From assembly GCA_002633005.1 (NCBI GenBank), contig NMRA01000503.1, positions 124,001 to 188,000 of the forward strand: a stretch of DNA of 64,000 nt, in the 5' to 3' direction. Position 1 is the stretch's first letter. Every line of letters begins with the position of its first letter. This DNA is from Phoronis australis. Its lineage: Eukaryota > Animalia > Phoronida. The notes beneath the pieces were generated by a model. It did not search any database and had not been told where the DNA came from. It worked only from the letters and a program-made list of their open reading frames with translations. Shown here one piece after another: positions 1 through 14,000 of the stretch. A program made the translations under genes and the position numbers.

Positions 1-2039
1 ACAGAAGCTGGGAATTTTGTGATATGGAAGCTATTTCCTAACTTACCATGGAAGCTCGAAGTCACTGAACCAGTTTCACTTTCTGTCAGTAACTGTCTAA
101 AACAAAACCCAGACCATTCATGTATTGGTTATGTACTGTTCACTTCTGGAGGGCTATTGTCGTTTTGAACTCGACGTGGCTATAAATTAACCCACGTTCC
201 ATCCATTGGCGTCCAAGGAACAAACTTTTTATTTAGACCAGTTACCCTACATTAAATTATTCTTAGCTTGTTCCTTGCTCAGGGAAAAAGTGATTTGTGG
301 GTTTGCAAAGATTTGGCACTCATTATTTCTTGAAAACATGCATTGTGCATAAAATGATATGCCTTAAGCCAAATTTTAGAGCTCAAGGTCTGAACCAATG
401 AAAACTTGTCAGTTCCATCAAAGCCGTGAAATCGCATTCAATTTAACCAAGGACCAATTCGAGACCAATTTCATTAAAGAAACGGTTTGTAGTCTGTATC
501 CAAAGTTTATTTTTGTGGTGTAAGGTGGGTATATAGCCGCTAATTGCCACGATGCACTCACTACACTGGTCCCCTAAAAGTTAAGGATTTGCTTGATTGC
601 AGAATTCACTCTCTACATGATCATCAGACACATACTTAGAATTTAGTGGGTACGTTCTCTAATTCTTGCAACTCATTGTGATTTAAATAAATTTGATTGT
701 TTTCAAAAGATGGCCTCCTTATGTTTGTGTAGTTCTAGCACAGCTCATTACAGTGTCAGTCAGTTGTCTGAGAGGTCAGACCATTCTATTGCAACTGCAG
801 TGCTGACCCAGATAATCTGCCAAGTTCATGACAGGTTCTCATAAATAGGAATAGGAAACCACAAGTGTCTTGGTCCATCAATCAGGATACTGTTCAGACC
901 CAAGACATGACCTGTGCACAAGTCTTGGCCATTCACAGTGATTTGGTTTCCAGGGCAAAACGTCTTGTACAAGAGATCTTGAGTTGTACAAGGGATCTTG
1001 AGTCTGGAAAATTTTTGCTGATATCTTGATTTTCTTCACCGTGTTAAGGGAATTTCAGACACTTTTAAGCAATTACATTTTTTCAAAAAATTAGTTGCCC
1101 TTTCAATAGACTGTAAACAAATCAGTAAGTTTGGAAGTTTAGTTTTGTGGGTTTTATAGTACGTGATTTGTGTGAGGAAAAATACCCTTGAAATCCTTTT
1201 GACTGTAAAAATTTCACCATTTTTCAATACAATAGCCCAAATAGAGAGATTGCAGTAAAGAATTTAAATCTTACACTGTTGTTACATATTTCAAAAGTGT
1301 GAATTTTGTTGACATGATTTGCTCCACACTTGACGCTTAACTTTTACAAAAGAAAAAGACTTCACGTTTGATTGACAGAGTATTGATTTTCCCTACATCT
1401 GCTCGTTCATTGATTTTCAGGCATACCATTAACTTTTATATTCATTTAGTCAATCTCCAATATTCCTTGAGCAGATATGATAATTAATGCGCTATTGTCA
1501 TGTTTGGAGGAAAATTGTAAAATGCGGGTGTGTGCCATTTGCATACAAGTAATGCATTTTGTTGCAGGCAAAGCCGAGCCGTGAATCAGTTGAAAGCACA
1601 GACCTTTCGCGCTTATTACATCCACTTCTATTTTTGTGATCTCCTATACTCTAGTGAGTGTGGCCTATGCATTCAAATAGGTCATGTTCAAATTTGTTCA
1701 AAACAAAATGATGCACCAGAGGTCCCTTTAGGACTAAAATGTAAGACCTTTAGTAAAATGTGGAGACTGGAATCAGCAGAAAATGAAGAAATGCGTGATT
1801 TCAGAATAATACAATTATATATTAACTGATTGCCATGGGGAATAGGTTCAATAATTTTGTGCGACCGAGAGACGCAAATGCACTGTGGATTTTGCGCCCA
1901 TCTCTATAAATTACATCATCATCGCAAAAACTCAGTCAGGCTGGGACACTGAAGTTGCTTTTGTATTGTATTGGCAAAATATGGAATTTTCGGGACCATA
2001 AGTCAAATCCAATACTCTTCCTTGCATATCAAGTGTAAA

Positions 2040-3188
2040 AGAGTTCCCACCATGAATTTTCTTAGTTTTTGAGGTTTCGGTTAGCTTATATGAAATGAAT
2101 ATCGTAAAATCTAACTAAATCAGCACTTTTTATGCCAAATAGTCGCAAATTTTTTAATTTTGAACAAAAGTTAGTTATTTCTAAGTTTCCTGTCAAATGA
2201 TGTAATGGGGAGTAGATGTTTGATCACTTGACAGTCAATTGAAATGGCGGCCCATAGCAGATCAGAAAACGAGGACGATTTTCAGCGAGAACTGGACAAT
2301 TATTTGGAGACAGAGAAAAGAGTGGATACGGGAATCACACTCAAGTACTTGAAGAATCAGACAATGAATTCGATTTCCCATTTAGCGAACTTTCATCGGC
2401 TTTGAGGACGTATGAACTCGACCTGCCTGAACGAGAAATGCCGTAGACATAGTGAGCTACAACCAGCTTAATCACGGGGTGGTCAATGTTAAAAAATAGA
2501 CACTTAATAATCACTGACAAAGGCCACAGTAAAAATGGGTTACTTGTAGTCACTATTGCCATGATGGAATGATGGAATGAGCACAGTCTAAATACAATGC
2601 ATAAGCCTACGTGTCATAGCACTCAATCTGGGCTGAGGTCGTGGGCCTGGCATCACTCGCTGTAGAATGGAAGTAGTTTGTTCGTTATTTATAAAATTTG
2701 CAAATACTAGTACAATTACAAGCTGGCGAGTCCTTCATCATAAGGCTGGTTTTGTGTTTGGTCTAAACACGATTCCTTGGATTGTCCCGAACAAAGTGTG
2801 GCTCCCGACTGAATCGCATGTTCCACATTGACATTTCACACTCTTGTATGGCTCACAAACCGATGTCATTTCTGTGCAACTTTCACATATTTAGCAAATT
2901 TGAACACAGAGATGTTCCTGTTCTAGTTGCTGTTACTACAACCTCCAGAAACTCACATTTTGATGTTTGAAAAAGGCGGCTCTCCACGGACTTTCGTCAC
3001 AACTCCTCAGCATCACATTAACAATGGCCGAGACGGTCTTCCATCCATTACGTGCAACCCCGATAACAGAAAAATATTTTAAAAAAATTATTGGCTTGTT
3101 TCTTAGCAACAGGTGTACTAAAAGCTATTAAATCTCAAGAGGTATCGATAAAATTCTTTTTGAGACACAGGGTCATGGTGGGAACTCT
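2040..3188. mobile_element. Non-autonomous Kolobok-like DNA transposon with decayed THAP domain
   Basis: Perfect 16-bp TIRs AGAGTTCCCACCATGA (2040-2055) / TCATGGTGGGAACTCT (3173-3188), flanked by TAAA and TTAA. Minus-strand relic at about 2965-2762 reads C..GGCSNSN*NRNISVFKFAK....K*HRFV..TR.*...ATLCSGQSKESCLD, which fits the THAP consensus. Confidence 0.75.
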
Positions 3189-4952
3189 TTAAGCATGCAA
3201 TTCGGGGATATCGATATTATAGGCAGCGTTGAACTATAAAACGTTGCTGAGATGTTTACAAATATATCTTATTCAGTGAGGCGTGGAATATGTTGAGATG
3301 TTCTCTTCAGTTGTACATAATAAAGTGTAGTTGAGAACTTATTATAAGTTTCTTTGAGGTTTTGTTGCCAGTTTCTTGTTTAAATATATGTAACTTATAA
3401 GATTCAATCACACACGGTTTACTATTAGAATTATTCGATCTGAGGTTTAATTTTCTTTCGTTGGGTGCAGATTCAAATGAAAATAAATTTCTTGTACAAT
3501 TTTTGAGGTTAAGGTTATGTGTGAGGGAAACAAAGTGATTTGCTGTTGGACTCTAGGCTATTGGTCTTTGTTAGAATACGTTCAGGTAGAATGCCGGTAT
3601 TCCCAACGCTCTCTATAGTGTCGGCCTGCCAGCTTATTACTGATGTGCAACGCCTGTTCTTTGTGTAAAAGCGTCCATCTCTCGTGTATAGCAGATCCAA
3701 TTTCACGGATCAGATTTTAAGGGGACGTTATCGTTGTTTTTATGTCCATTTTTGAGATTGTTGTTGAACGGGATTGGTCAGCTTTGACTGGAGCTATAAA
3801 ACAATAGAGCCTGACCATTGTTTTTTCTGATTTGATTACAAATTGCTAATTGTTGCCGTTGTCTACCAGACATTTGCAGAAACTGTTAGCTTTTTCCAGT
3901 TAAAATGCCTGAAACACTCTACTCTGTATGGAGTGGGATTTAGGAATAGCTAATATCCAACTTAGCATTTGGCTGCGATGCGAGAATTCGAGGCTTGAGT
4001 CTATGCTGGGGCTGATCTAAAAGGATTTTTTCACCGATAAAGTAGGTTGCAGAAATTAAATTAGCGACAGTGGCGAATGTGAAGCCATATAGCGTACTCT
4101 TCCTCATTCCGTATCAGTGCTTGTCAGCAGAAAAACAAATTTTTATTGGGCTGAACTGAATTCTTTACTTGTTCCCACATTTTAGTTAAAGTTGCTGTAA
4201 GCTTCTCTTGCAGTAAAGAGACTAACTTTTGAACATTAGCCACTATGAAACTGGCCTCGGCTTATTGCTAACTCAAATGAGAAGTGGTATCGGGGCTTGA
4301 AAATAATGGACAGGTTGTTACTGATTTAGACCAGGGCAGTGTTCAGTAATGCTAGGACCTCGGTAAAAAGCATGACTTGGCGAGATTACGTGAGATCTTG
4401 ACGTGTATTTTAAATGAGAACAAGTGATTTTGGCTAGATTTTAGTGAAGTCCCAGCATTACTAAACTCTACCAAGGCTTTGCACAATAATTTATTCCAAG
4501 CCCAGAAATCAAGTAATGTGGGTACAGAACAAGTCGAGAGGTCATAACTGTAGTCTAAATCACAACAGGTTTACCTTAAAAGTCATAAAATTTTCAGTTC
4601 AGCAGCAATGTTGGATTTGTCATTTCCTAAAAAAATTAGAAACTGGGCAATAACTTATTGTGTCCATCTAGCTCCAATTTGTATACACCTTAATTTTCAT
4701 TAATATTTATCACCTTCCTTTTAACTTAATTATTTATATAACCTTTAAACTCACTTCTTTGTTTAATTATTTGTAATACTCTATTTGTTTTAGTACTCTT
4801 GGTAGTTTAATTGCACATCCCCAGTCTTTTAAAAACGTTTAAATAATATGGAAATAAAAATTGGTATTTCCTTTGTCAACGGGCAAACTACAAGGTCAGC
4901 AGTTTACGCGTTAATCTTGAAGTTAATGACTCCTGTGTCACCTGCTTTACAG

Positions 4953-5063
4953 AAAGAGCTGGATACGACTGCCACTGACTTAGCTAGCCGACAGGATGAG
5001 AGTGACGCATCAAGAAAACGCCTTGTTGAGCAAAGTAGAGACTTTAAGAAGAACACTGCGGAG
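4953..5063 (+). CDS. CUX1: CUX/CASP shared exon ([37 protein letters not shown])
   Basis: tttacag|AAA ... GAG|gtaaag, 111 nt; matches the CUX1/CASP N-terminus. Confidence 0.95.
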
Positions 5064-8000
5064 GTAAAGTTTAGTATTTGTTTATCATTGGTGTCCTATC
5101 AAAAGTGAATAGAAAATATATTCGTCACAAACAAATGAATTGTTTTATTTATCTCCTATCCGCTCAAAATTGATGAAGAAGGTTTCTAGAGTATTATTTG
5201 CTTCTTGGCATCTTAACTCTGTGATGGCTTGTTATTAGGCAGGAATGTTGTAGTTATTGATTAAGATCAATTGATTGATTGGATTTTGTTTGTTTGCGTT
5301 TTCTTTGGTTTCATAAAATCGTTATTTTGGTGTAATTGATTGATTGGAAATCGTTTTGTGTTTGTGTTTCCAATAGTGGCAGAAAATCATTACTTGGGTG
5401 AAACCAATAATCACTATTTGATAATTGACATCCTTTGATGGGTAACCTCATATTTTGGGTTATTTTGTTTCGAACATCACCTGCCAATAAAACCTGGCTC
5501 ACCATGGCAGCCAATGTTTCACTTGGCCTGTCAAGTTCAGCAGATGATTGCTTGAAATGGCTTTTTGCACCAATACCCATCACTCAGTGTTAACAAAGCT
5601 TCGACAGTTAACCAGTCTTCTTTACATTCAAACCAATAGTCTTTTTTGTCTCCTGAGTCTGCATTGTGACCACAAAAGAGAAATTGATTACTAGGAAAAT
5701 TGATTGGTTTGAATATTTACAGTGCTACAGGTGCTGCCATGGCAACGGTTGATTTAGTAGTGTGGTGTGTCATCACTTTGTCTCCTTTGTTCACTGTCCA
5801 TTATCTGTATTGATGTTTTCATTAAACCACGGCTACCAATAGATAAGTCGTTGGCTCAATAGCACTCACTTTTAGCTCGGTAATCAATGAGAATGGGTTT
5901 TTATTTGAATGCTTTGAAAAATTCGATACCTTCGTGTTGTTTTATACTACTGATTGTAAGGTTCGTAAAGATAAGATTTGTTATTTCAGTTTCTTCGCGA
6001 TCACTTTAATTGACATGTTCTTTGAATTACTGGGGAAATTTTTACTGACATTGAGATATAATTAGGTAACACTGCAAGACATTCGTGAGAGACTTGCTGC
6101 AAGAAATCTTTACTTATGGAACAAATACTGTGAATTTCTCCCATAGTTCAAAATTCCAGCATCGCCGACCATTCAAATTTTGCTACTATCTCTAGTAAGG
6201 TTTCGAACTATATGTCATGTTTCTCATTAAGCCTCCCGTGCTTGTTTGATGCTTGGTAACACGGTTCATTTTCGGAAACCCTACAAACCATAGCATATTT
6301 CAATTCAAGTTACTCCTGAACATTCTCCTTTTAATGACGTGATTTTGTGTGGTCTTGCGAGATCTCATGAATCGCTCAAGAAGCCTGCTGTAGCTTGATT
6401 TTCTTCATACTTTCACTGTTAGATACAAAAAACGCTGTGCAAATTGTCTTCAAATTAATAAAATGTCCAGCAAAAGTTTACTTGGATGTAAACTTGTAAA
6501 GCCTTCTGTAGACCAGAATGACATTTTAAGCTGAGTTGTGTTCACCATTTAGCTTGTGTATGCTTATATTCGTGGGCTATGTGGGGAACAGAGTGTTTTT
6601 GTTAAACACTAAACATCAAAATGAAATCTAAAGGTCAGTACCTGATTTTATATGTTAAATTCAAGACTCACTATCCATGAAAATTTTATTTTCAAAATAC
6701 ATTTTCGTTTTATAAGGAATTATTTACTTGCTGATCAGGGGTTACAATGTATGGGTCAACATGGGTGAATAGGTGTTTGCTCAAGTGTCTACTTTTAACA
6801 CAAAATCCCCCGTTATTTTTAAACTACTATTTTCAAATAAAGCACGTGCACGAGAGCCCACTTGACTTGAGTAACAAGATTTGTGGATCTTTTTCAGGAT
6901 GTTCGCAAGACAGTAGCGCCATTGTTAAAAAGTTTCCAAAGCGAGATTGATGCATTGTCCAAGAGAAGCAAGGCTGCGGAAGCGGCTTTTCTGTCTGTCT
7001 ACAAAAAGCTCATTGATGTGCCTGGTAAGTGGAGTATTGAAGGGGAAAGCAACCATTTTTGTTGTCACCTTTAGTGAAAATGGTCGTCTTGTACGGACAT
7101 TTTTCCATACCTATATCGAATGGAAAACTAGACGGAGATGTAAACAGCCCGACAATGTGCCCCCGCATTTAATCTGGATTTATTTTCATTGTGCAAACAC
7201 AAGTGAACTGCACAGATTGTATTCAATAGGAAGTAAAACATGTTTCCTCAATGGAAGTTAATGCAGAACAAAGATGTGGGCCCTCTGTTGGGCCGTTTAC
7301 ATCACCTGTTGTTACATGGATATTACATTGTTGCCATGTTAACATGGAAATTGTGTTTCCAAGATAATCAGGGACCTACTTATGTAATAAATATAACATC
7401 AAAAAATGGTTGTTTTCCGCAGAAATTAGCGACTTGACGACTTTCCTTTTTGATTTTTGCTTAGTGGTGTTTTTCCCTCGTTTTTTGTTTGTTTTTTTAC
7501 GTATGTCCTGTGTTTGAGCTGGGCTTCGTTCCATAGACGCGAGATACGCTCGAGAAAACCTAGTGCGACCACGTGCTTTGCGTGTAATGCATGGAGATCT
7601 TATGTATTTACGAGTTTCTTGTGTCAGTGGAATGTTGCCCTGATTAACATGGAAGCAGTAACACTAGAATACAACCTGACATGTCTGACACCTATTGTTA
7701 TTGCTTGAACTCAAATCCATAGAGGTGGCTGCGAGGTCCATGTTGTTATTCAAAAGTAACAGTACTGCTAAATAAAACTTCGATGGCTCTAATTTAAATT
7801 TAGTATTGTTGCTAAAAATTGTTAAGTTTTGTCACTTTTGGACTCATGATGGCAGATCTTGCAGACAAAATTTATTTCTTCCAATAAAAGTTGCATTTTG
7901 CATTATTCGTAAACCTCTTTGTGTCTCGTGTTTTAGTTGTTGCTCTAAACTTAATTCAAACCATTTTATAAATTTGAAAACATGATGGACATGGCAACAA

Positions 8001-11000
8001 AACTGTAAAAGGCCTTTCCCATTAATGTTGATGGTTCAGTGTCTTGGAGAGCATCTGTCAGTGGGAATGCTTAAATTTGGTGTTGATCAAAGTGAACAGC
8101 TTGAGTTTACTTCGCAGTAAGCAGACAGTAGTAACAGCGAAGTGCGGGACACGTCGCTACAGTGGGAACACTCAGATTCGGTGTTCATCGAAGTTATTGG
8201 CAGGGGTCATTATTGTGACAATGGTGAAAGTCATATCATGCCACCTTGTGGTAACTTTGATGATGATAGTGTCACCTAACAGTAACTACATTGTCTGTTA
8301 ACTACTGAAGCTAATGAGAAAGTTCAAATTAACTTGGCAATTTAAATACTAGATGCTTCACTAATACCGGATTTAAATAGGTGGAAAAAGGCTGTAAGAC
8401 TTCCTACTCGATCACTGAAATCTTTCCTACTGAAGATCTTTTTAACATTCATTTTTATTAGCTCATGGCAACTTTCTCGTCACTTTTGGTGCGATTTCAT
8501 AAGGTGACCATGTTACTTTACAGAATCTCAGGCTGCAGTGTTTAACTGCCTGCTTGACCTTGTGTTATGCTCAATATTTTCTAAGAAACCAAAAGCATGG
8601 ACTGAGTGAATTTATCAGTGGTAACACTTGGCCATTCTTATAGATCAAGGATGCATAAGACCATTAAAGGCTTGAACTTCTCCTTTGCAGTAGGTGCTTA
8701 AACCTGCGTTTCAGTTAGCTGTTGTGAGGATGTAATTATAGTTAGGGAGATGTTTAGACTATACTCTTTTCTTTGTGGCATTTTACAAACATAATGATAT
8801 AGGTTGTCAATTTGGTGAAATCGTGAAACATCATTTCATTACAGTCATTTCTACATTGTTAGCATACAATAGGACAGTGGACTGAAATTTCATGTTGTCA
8901 AGTTTCTCGACAAAATACCATAGTTGTGCTGGTTAATGCACGGGGCAATTAAAAGGGCACTCTAAGATAAGCGGGTTGTGGTTAAGTTGAGCATGGGTAT
9001 TTAAAAGAGATATTTTTGAGAAGTGGAGGGTTGATGTTAGCCCGAATGGTTGATTTGAGTCAACGCATTGGATTTACTTGCAAGTGCCAAATGCAACGTG
9101 GCAGGAGACTATTATCATGCACGCATAAGACAAGGTTCTGCTAGAACTCTGTTCCTCAAATGTAAGTGAGTTTTGAACATATGGTAACTGAAAATTGTAT
9201 GAGAAGAGCATTCAAAAAGATACGTGCGCTTTCAAGAAAAATTTGATTCTCTAGATCTGGGGTAGGTATTAAACCAGGCATGGGCATTTAAAGTTAAAAA
9301 AATGGAAATTTCTGGGTTGGGTGTTAAGCCAGACTAAAACATTAACACTAATCAGCACAGTAAGTAGCAATTTTACTCTGTTGTTAGCGTGGTTTGGAGT
9401 GTTAACGGTTGTCATAAAAATACACACCTGGTAAAAGTTTGGTTATTTGTGACAAGGTAACCAGTCATTAAAAACCAGAAATTTGATGATTTGGCTTTTA
9501 GTTTTGTGTGAATTAACTGAAGTCCTGGCTGCTTGGTTTGGGTATTCAGTGGGTTCTTCTGATACCTATCCTGCAACTGTTTGGCTCAGACTTTTGGAAT
9601 TGACAGATTTTGGATTCCAATAATAAAATGTCTCAATGTCCTCACTTTATTCACTTTGCCAGTTGTGAATTCAACCAGCTGAGACATCTGATTGGTTCTT
9701 CAGCTGCCTCAGCCAGTTGACCCTGCTGTACCAGCAGAGTGAATCACGTGCAGCCAATGTGTGAATGGCTGAAACCAGGATTGGGGTAGGAATGGAAATC
9801 ACGAAACTTGGACAGGAATTTCTCACCTTCAAACAGTAGTTTCATACAAGTATCATGTCCCTGTAACGGGATTGACTTACCTTACAATAGGAGTCACTGA
9901 CCCGGAAATTGCCAGCCACATTTAAAAAAACGAAGTGTTTACTATTCCTGTCCAGGCTGTGATTCTTATTGTTCTGCAAGCCCGCTTGTAGTGGCTTCAG
10001 CAATCATTGTTCATTTAAAAATGGTGGTGTTACTCTTTTCGCGTTAAGAATTTTTCCTCTTGCCGCCTTCATGCATTGTTTTTACAGCGCCTGTGCTGTG
10101 CTCTGCTGTCAGTATTTCAGTATATTTGGCTCACCATATCGGATATGTTCGATATTAATCAGATGTGTATACTGGTCATATGCCACGCGTGATTGAGTGA
10201 CACTCTTCTATCATGATATTGATTAATTATTGTTATAATGAACATGTTCATTGCTGTCAGTGAACATAGCTTTTGTGATTACCTTTCTGTGTAGACTTTT
10301 TTGTATCCGGCTGTTTTTCCCTGATAACAGATTTATTTCCAGATTTCAAAAGGCTGGGCTCTAATCTATTTGTACTATTTGTAAACATGATCCTTATTTT
10401 CTCCATAGTCAGTGGCAGATAAACACATTGAGCTTGTGCATAAAGGATCCGGAGGTATCAATGTCATCAAGTCAAATATAAGGTTTTATAAGCTCGCTAT
10501 ATCTACCCTTGGCCCCAATCAAGGCTTCCAAGAGCAAACTTTGGCTACTTTTCGGAAATTGCTTTTTGAATAGTATACAGGTTCCCATTTGTTCTCTGGC
10601 TTCCTTCTGCTACAAATAATTGATAATCAAATTGTAATGATAATTTGTATCTTGCCTGCTGCAACTTTGTTGAACTCGGGTCATACTTACTGTTTGATCT
10701 TGATAATAGATAAGATTCTGGATTTCACCATAGAGTGTTCTAAAAAAGACTGAAATTTCCAGTCGATCTTGCAGTAAGATGTTTGCGATGGTGGTGTTTT
10801 CTGGCTAATCAAACACATGCTCTCTGTCAAATGTGACAGTGCATTGTTTATGTGCAATACCAACCAAAATAATGTGGACTGCCCAATTGCACTTGTTGTC
10901 TCTGATCACGGTTGCCTGGCATCGCACAACTTGTGAATTAATGAGAAAAGAAATGAAAGAACATACTTCTGTCCTGATATTATTGAAGACGAATACCATT

Positions 11001-14000
11001 TTGTTTTAGTTGTAATACGTACACTGAATATATATACCAAGTATATTGACACATATTTTAATTTAGTGTAAGCACCCTTCTGCATTTAAATTCTTAAAGT
11101 GATGGCAACAAATGATGATGAGCACTTGTTAACCTTTGTAACTATGTTATCTCAGCCTTTCAACTTCATGAGAGCTTTTTACAGGCTTAAATATTTAGTG
11201 CTTGTTTTGTGCTGTTATGGTAATAGTCACTTATAGAGGTCCCTCTTTTTGAGAACCAGCTTTCTCCACTGGTCCTCAAAATGCGGGGACCCTGTAGGTG
11301 GCTATTGTCACTTTTATTACAGAATTAAAAGTGATTTGGTTTGATTTCATTTGAAATCAGTACCACCGAGTATGAGTCTATTAGGTCGAGAAGGTGCGCA
11401 TCTGGAAGTTGTAATCTCACCAATTTCAGACAAAAATAATTGCCAAAATTGAGCCTTTTCATTTTCAAGAGCTTCTAACACTGTTCTGTATGCCCCCAAT
11501 TTTTGGTACAAACTTGAATGGGGAAAACATTTAATTTGGTGCTGGATTGTTGCATGGAAAATGATACAACAAAATTTCACTTGTCGCCCATGTTGTTTCT
11601 TGTATTGGCAAGATTTTACTGTAAGTTATAATTGTTGCATGACTGAGTTGGTCGAGTAACACATCATACCGATATTATCATTTTCAAGTTTAAATTGTTC
11701 TGCCAAAAATGTTTTATCTTGAACGAATTTGATTGCAGACCCCGTGCCAGTGCTTGAGCACAGTTTGACTGTACAGAAAAAGGCCCAAAGACTCTCCGAT
11801 CTGGAGATTGAAAATAAACAGTTGAGGGAGACTCTGGACGAGTACAACTCTGAGTTTGCGGAAGTCAAGAACCAAGGTAGGCTGCGATGCATTACAATTT
11901 GTCATAAAAAATTTGGAAAGCGATTTACGGTAGGGGGCCGCCAACATTATTCCAGAACTATTTTAAAGATTTGCATTGTTATGTGCCTGTGTAAAAGTGG
12001 GTAGCTAATTTGTTAAGTTTCTTTTAGAGTTTCTCTTATTTGGCCTGCAACTATATTCAAAGGTTTATAGCACCATTAAACTAGAAACATTCAGATGCAC
12101 TTTACAGATCAGCATAAATTAGTAAATTGTGAAAATTCATTCTGGAAAGCACTATTTTTTGCACTATAAAAATTATCCAGTGTGTGATATTTACTTTATT
12201 GCCATGCAAGGGTTCATCCAGGATTTCAAAAGCAGGGCGTACAAAATGGTTTCCCTATTTCCCAGAGCATCTATGACGTTTAACTCCATTTTTGTGACCC
12301 TTACTCAAATCGCTGTTTTAGCGTGGTACGTTACTGTGAAGACTTATATCTGCGTCATGTCTTAATTAACTTTTTTTATTCTGGACAAACCCGTGAGCTC
12401 ACAGAGCTGCTGTTTTCAAGTTAAAAACGACACCAATGAATTTACTTTACTTGGGTGTCCAAATATTGAACATGGTGTTCAGTTGCTAAACAGGGCGTCC
12501 TAGCTATGGTGCCTAAATTGTAGTCGAAGTGACCATTTCTCCGTTCTGAACACCCTCCAGACCAAAGCCTGGTCGTCTACTCCTGAGTGACTGGACTAGG
12601 CAGCCATGCTAGCTGTAAGTGAAGTGAATCGCCTGTTACCTGCATGGTCTCAATAACTCAGTGGTCAGAGTGCCTAGCTAGTATTCGGGATGTCCTGAGT
12701 TTGATTCACAGGTTGGGACCAGTGATTTTTTTCGAACTGTTAAATTATGCCTGTGTAGTTAGACCAAAAAGTACAAAATGCTTTTCGGAATGAAGTTTCA
12801 TCATTGGATACTTTGCACTGTAAATGATTTACTCATTGAGTGATATTTATTGTACTACCATAAAGTATTGAGGTAGAAACGTAAAGCTGCATTGCATCTT
12901 GCTCAGCTACATTAAAAATAAAAATCAAATCGGGTTTTCTACTCTATAAAAGCAGACCCACAATTTTCTTTACCTCGAAAAGAATTGTTTTCTATTACCA
13001 GGTATAACGTAAAACATGGGACTATCGTAGATTTTGTTGAGGTTGGCTGACAGAAACTTTCTTTCAAAAATAGGTCAGTCTTGTGACACAACAATGACCA
13101 TTTCTCATGAGAACAGCACATGTCTGCTGTTTGTTATGGCTCTTTGGGTAAGAACTCTAAATACTTTCACAGTGATCTCTAAACAGTGTGAAATGCAGCT
13201 TTCAATCACATTATATAAGAAATAATGTTATGGCCTTAAGTCTGTCAGTTATCTGTTTAATTGTTTTGTAGAATTCACAATCAAACAACTTAAAGAGAAA
13301 CTAAAGGAATATGAAGAGACCATGGAAGCCACTGCTCAGGTAATGTTATTATATTGAAATGCATCTTTCGTGAAAAAGCTGCTATTTGCTATCTTAACGG
13401 GACTAGGATTTATCTGTCTTGCTATGATGTACAGAATTTCTTCCAAGGAGGTGTGTTGTGAGATTTTTTCACTCTGTCTTTTGTTAAGGCTTGGTAGGAC
13501 CCTAGAAAATATCGCTAAATTCTGAACATCTTATCTTGAAATTGGCTGCTCAGATTCACACGAATCCTTTACCCGGTATGTGCTTCATTGACTTGGCTAT
13601 ACATAATGCTTTTGGGTATTGTTTTTAAACTGTTCCACTTTTGAATGAGGGGATATCAAAAATAGGACTTAAAAATTTATTGTAAAAAATCAAAAGTTGC
13701 ATGAATGGTAAACAAAATATCTCAGAAAACTTTGTAGCGAAATGAAGAGTTTGCTAGAGTTGATTTCTATAGTTTGTGGACGTTTGACTAAATGCATAGG
13801 CTTGCAGATAAGATCCTACAAAACCATAATACGTAAAGGCAAACATGTTTTGCTAATGGATTTTATTAGTATCTCTTATACTGGATGATTTCCATGTGTT
13901 TTTTCCTTATTTGATACTTGTCAATTAATTTGAGTTGCAAGGTTTTAAAAGCTGCAGTGTCTTGTGTACATTAGTTTGATTAGGACTATCTTACCTACGG

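Noticed and set aside
965-1002. Small local duplications (19 bp x2 here; also about 14952-15020, 41053-41100, 48805-48830)
   Set aside because: Ordinary slippage-type duplications with no further structure.
2244-2450. ATGGCGGCC-initiated acidic ORF considered as CUX/CASP exon 1
   Set aside because: No similarity to the CASP N-terminus, and it lies inside the TIR-bounded transposon.
5504-5593. ACCATGG-initiated ORF starting MAANVS, like the start of vertebrate CASP (MAANVG...)
   Set aside because: It lies downstream of the exon it would have to precede, diverges after five residues, has no phase-0 donor and stops after 29 codons. The true first exon is probably upstream of the window.
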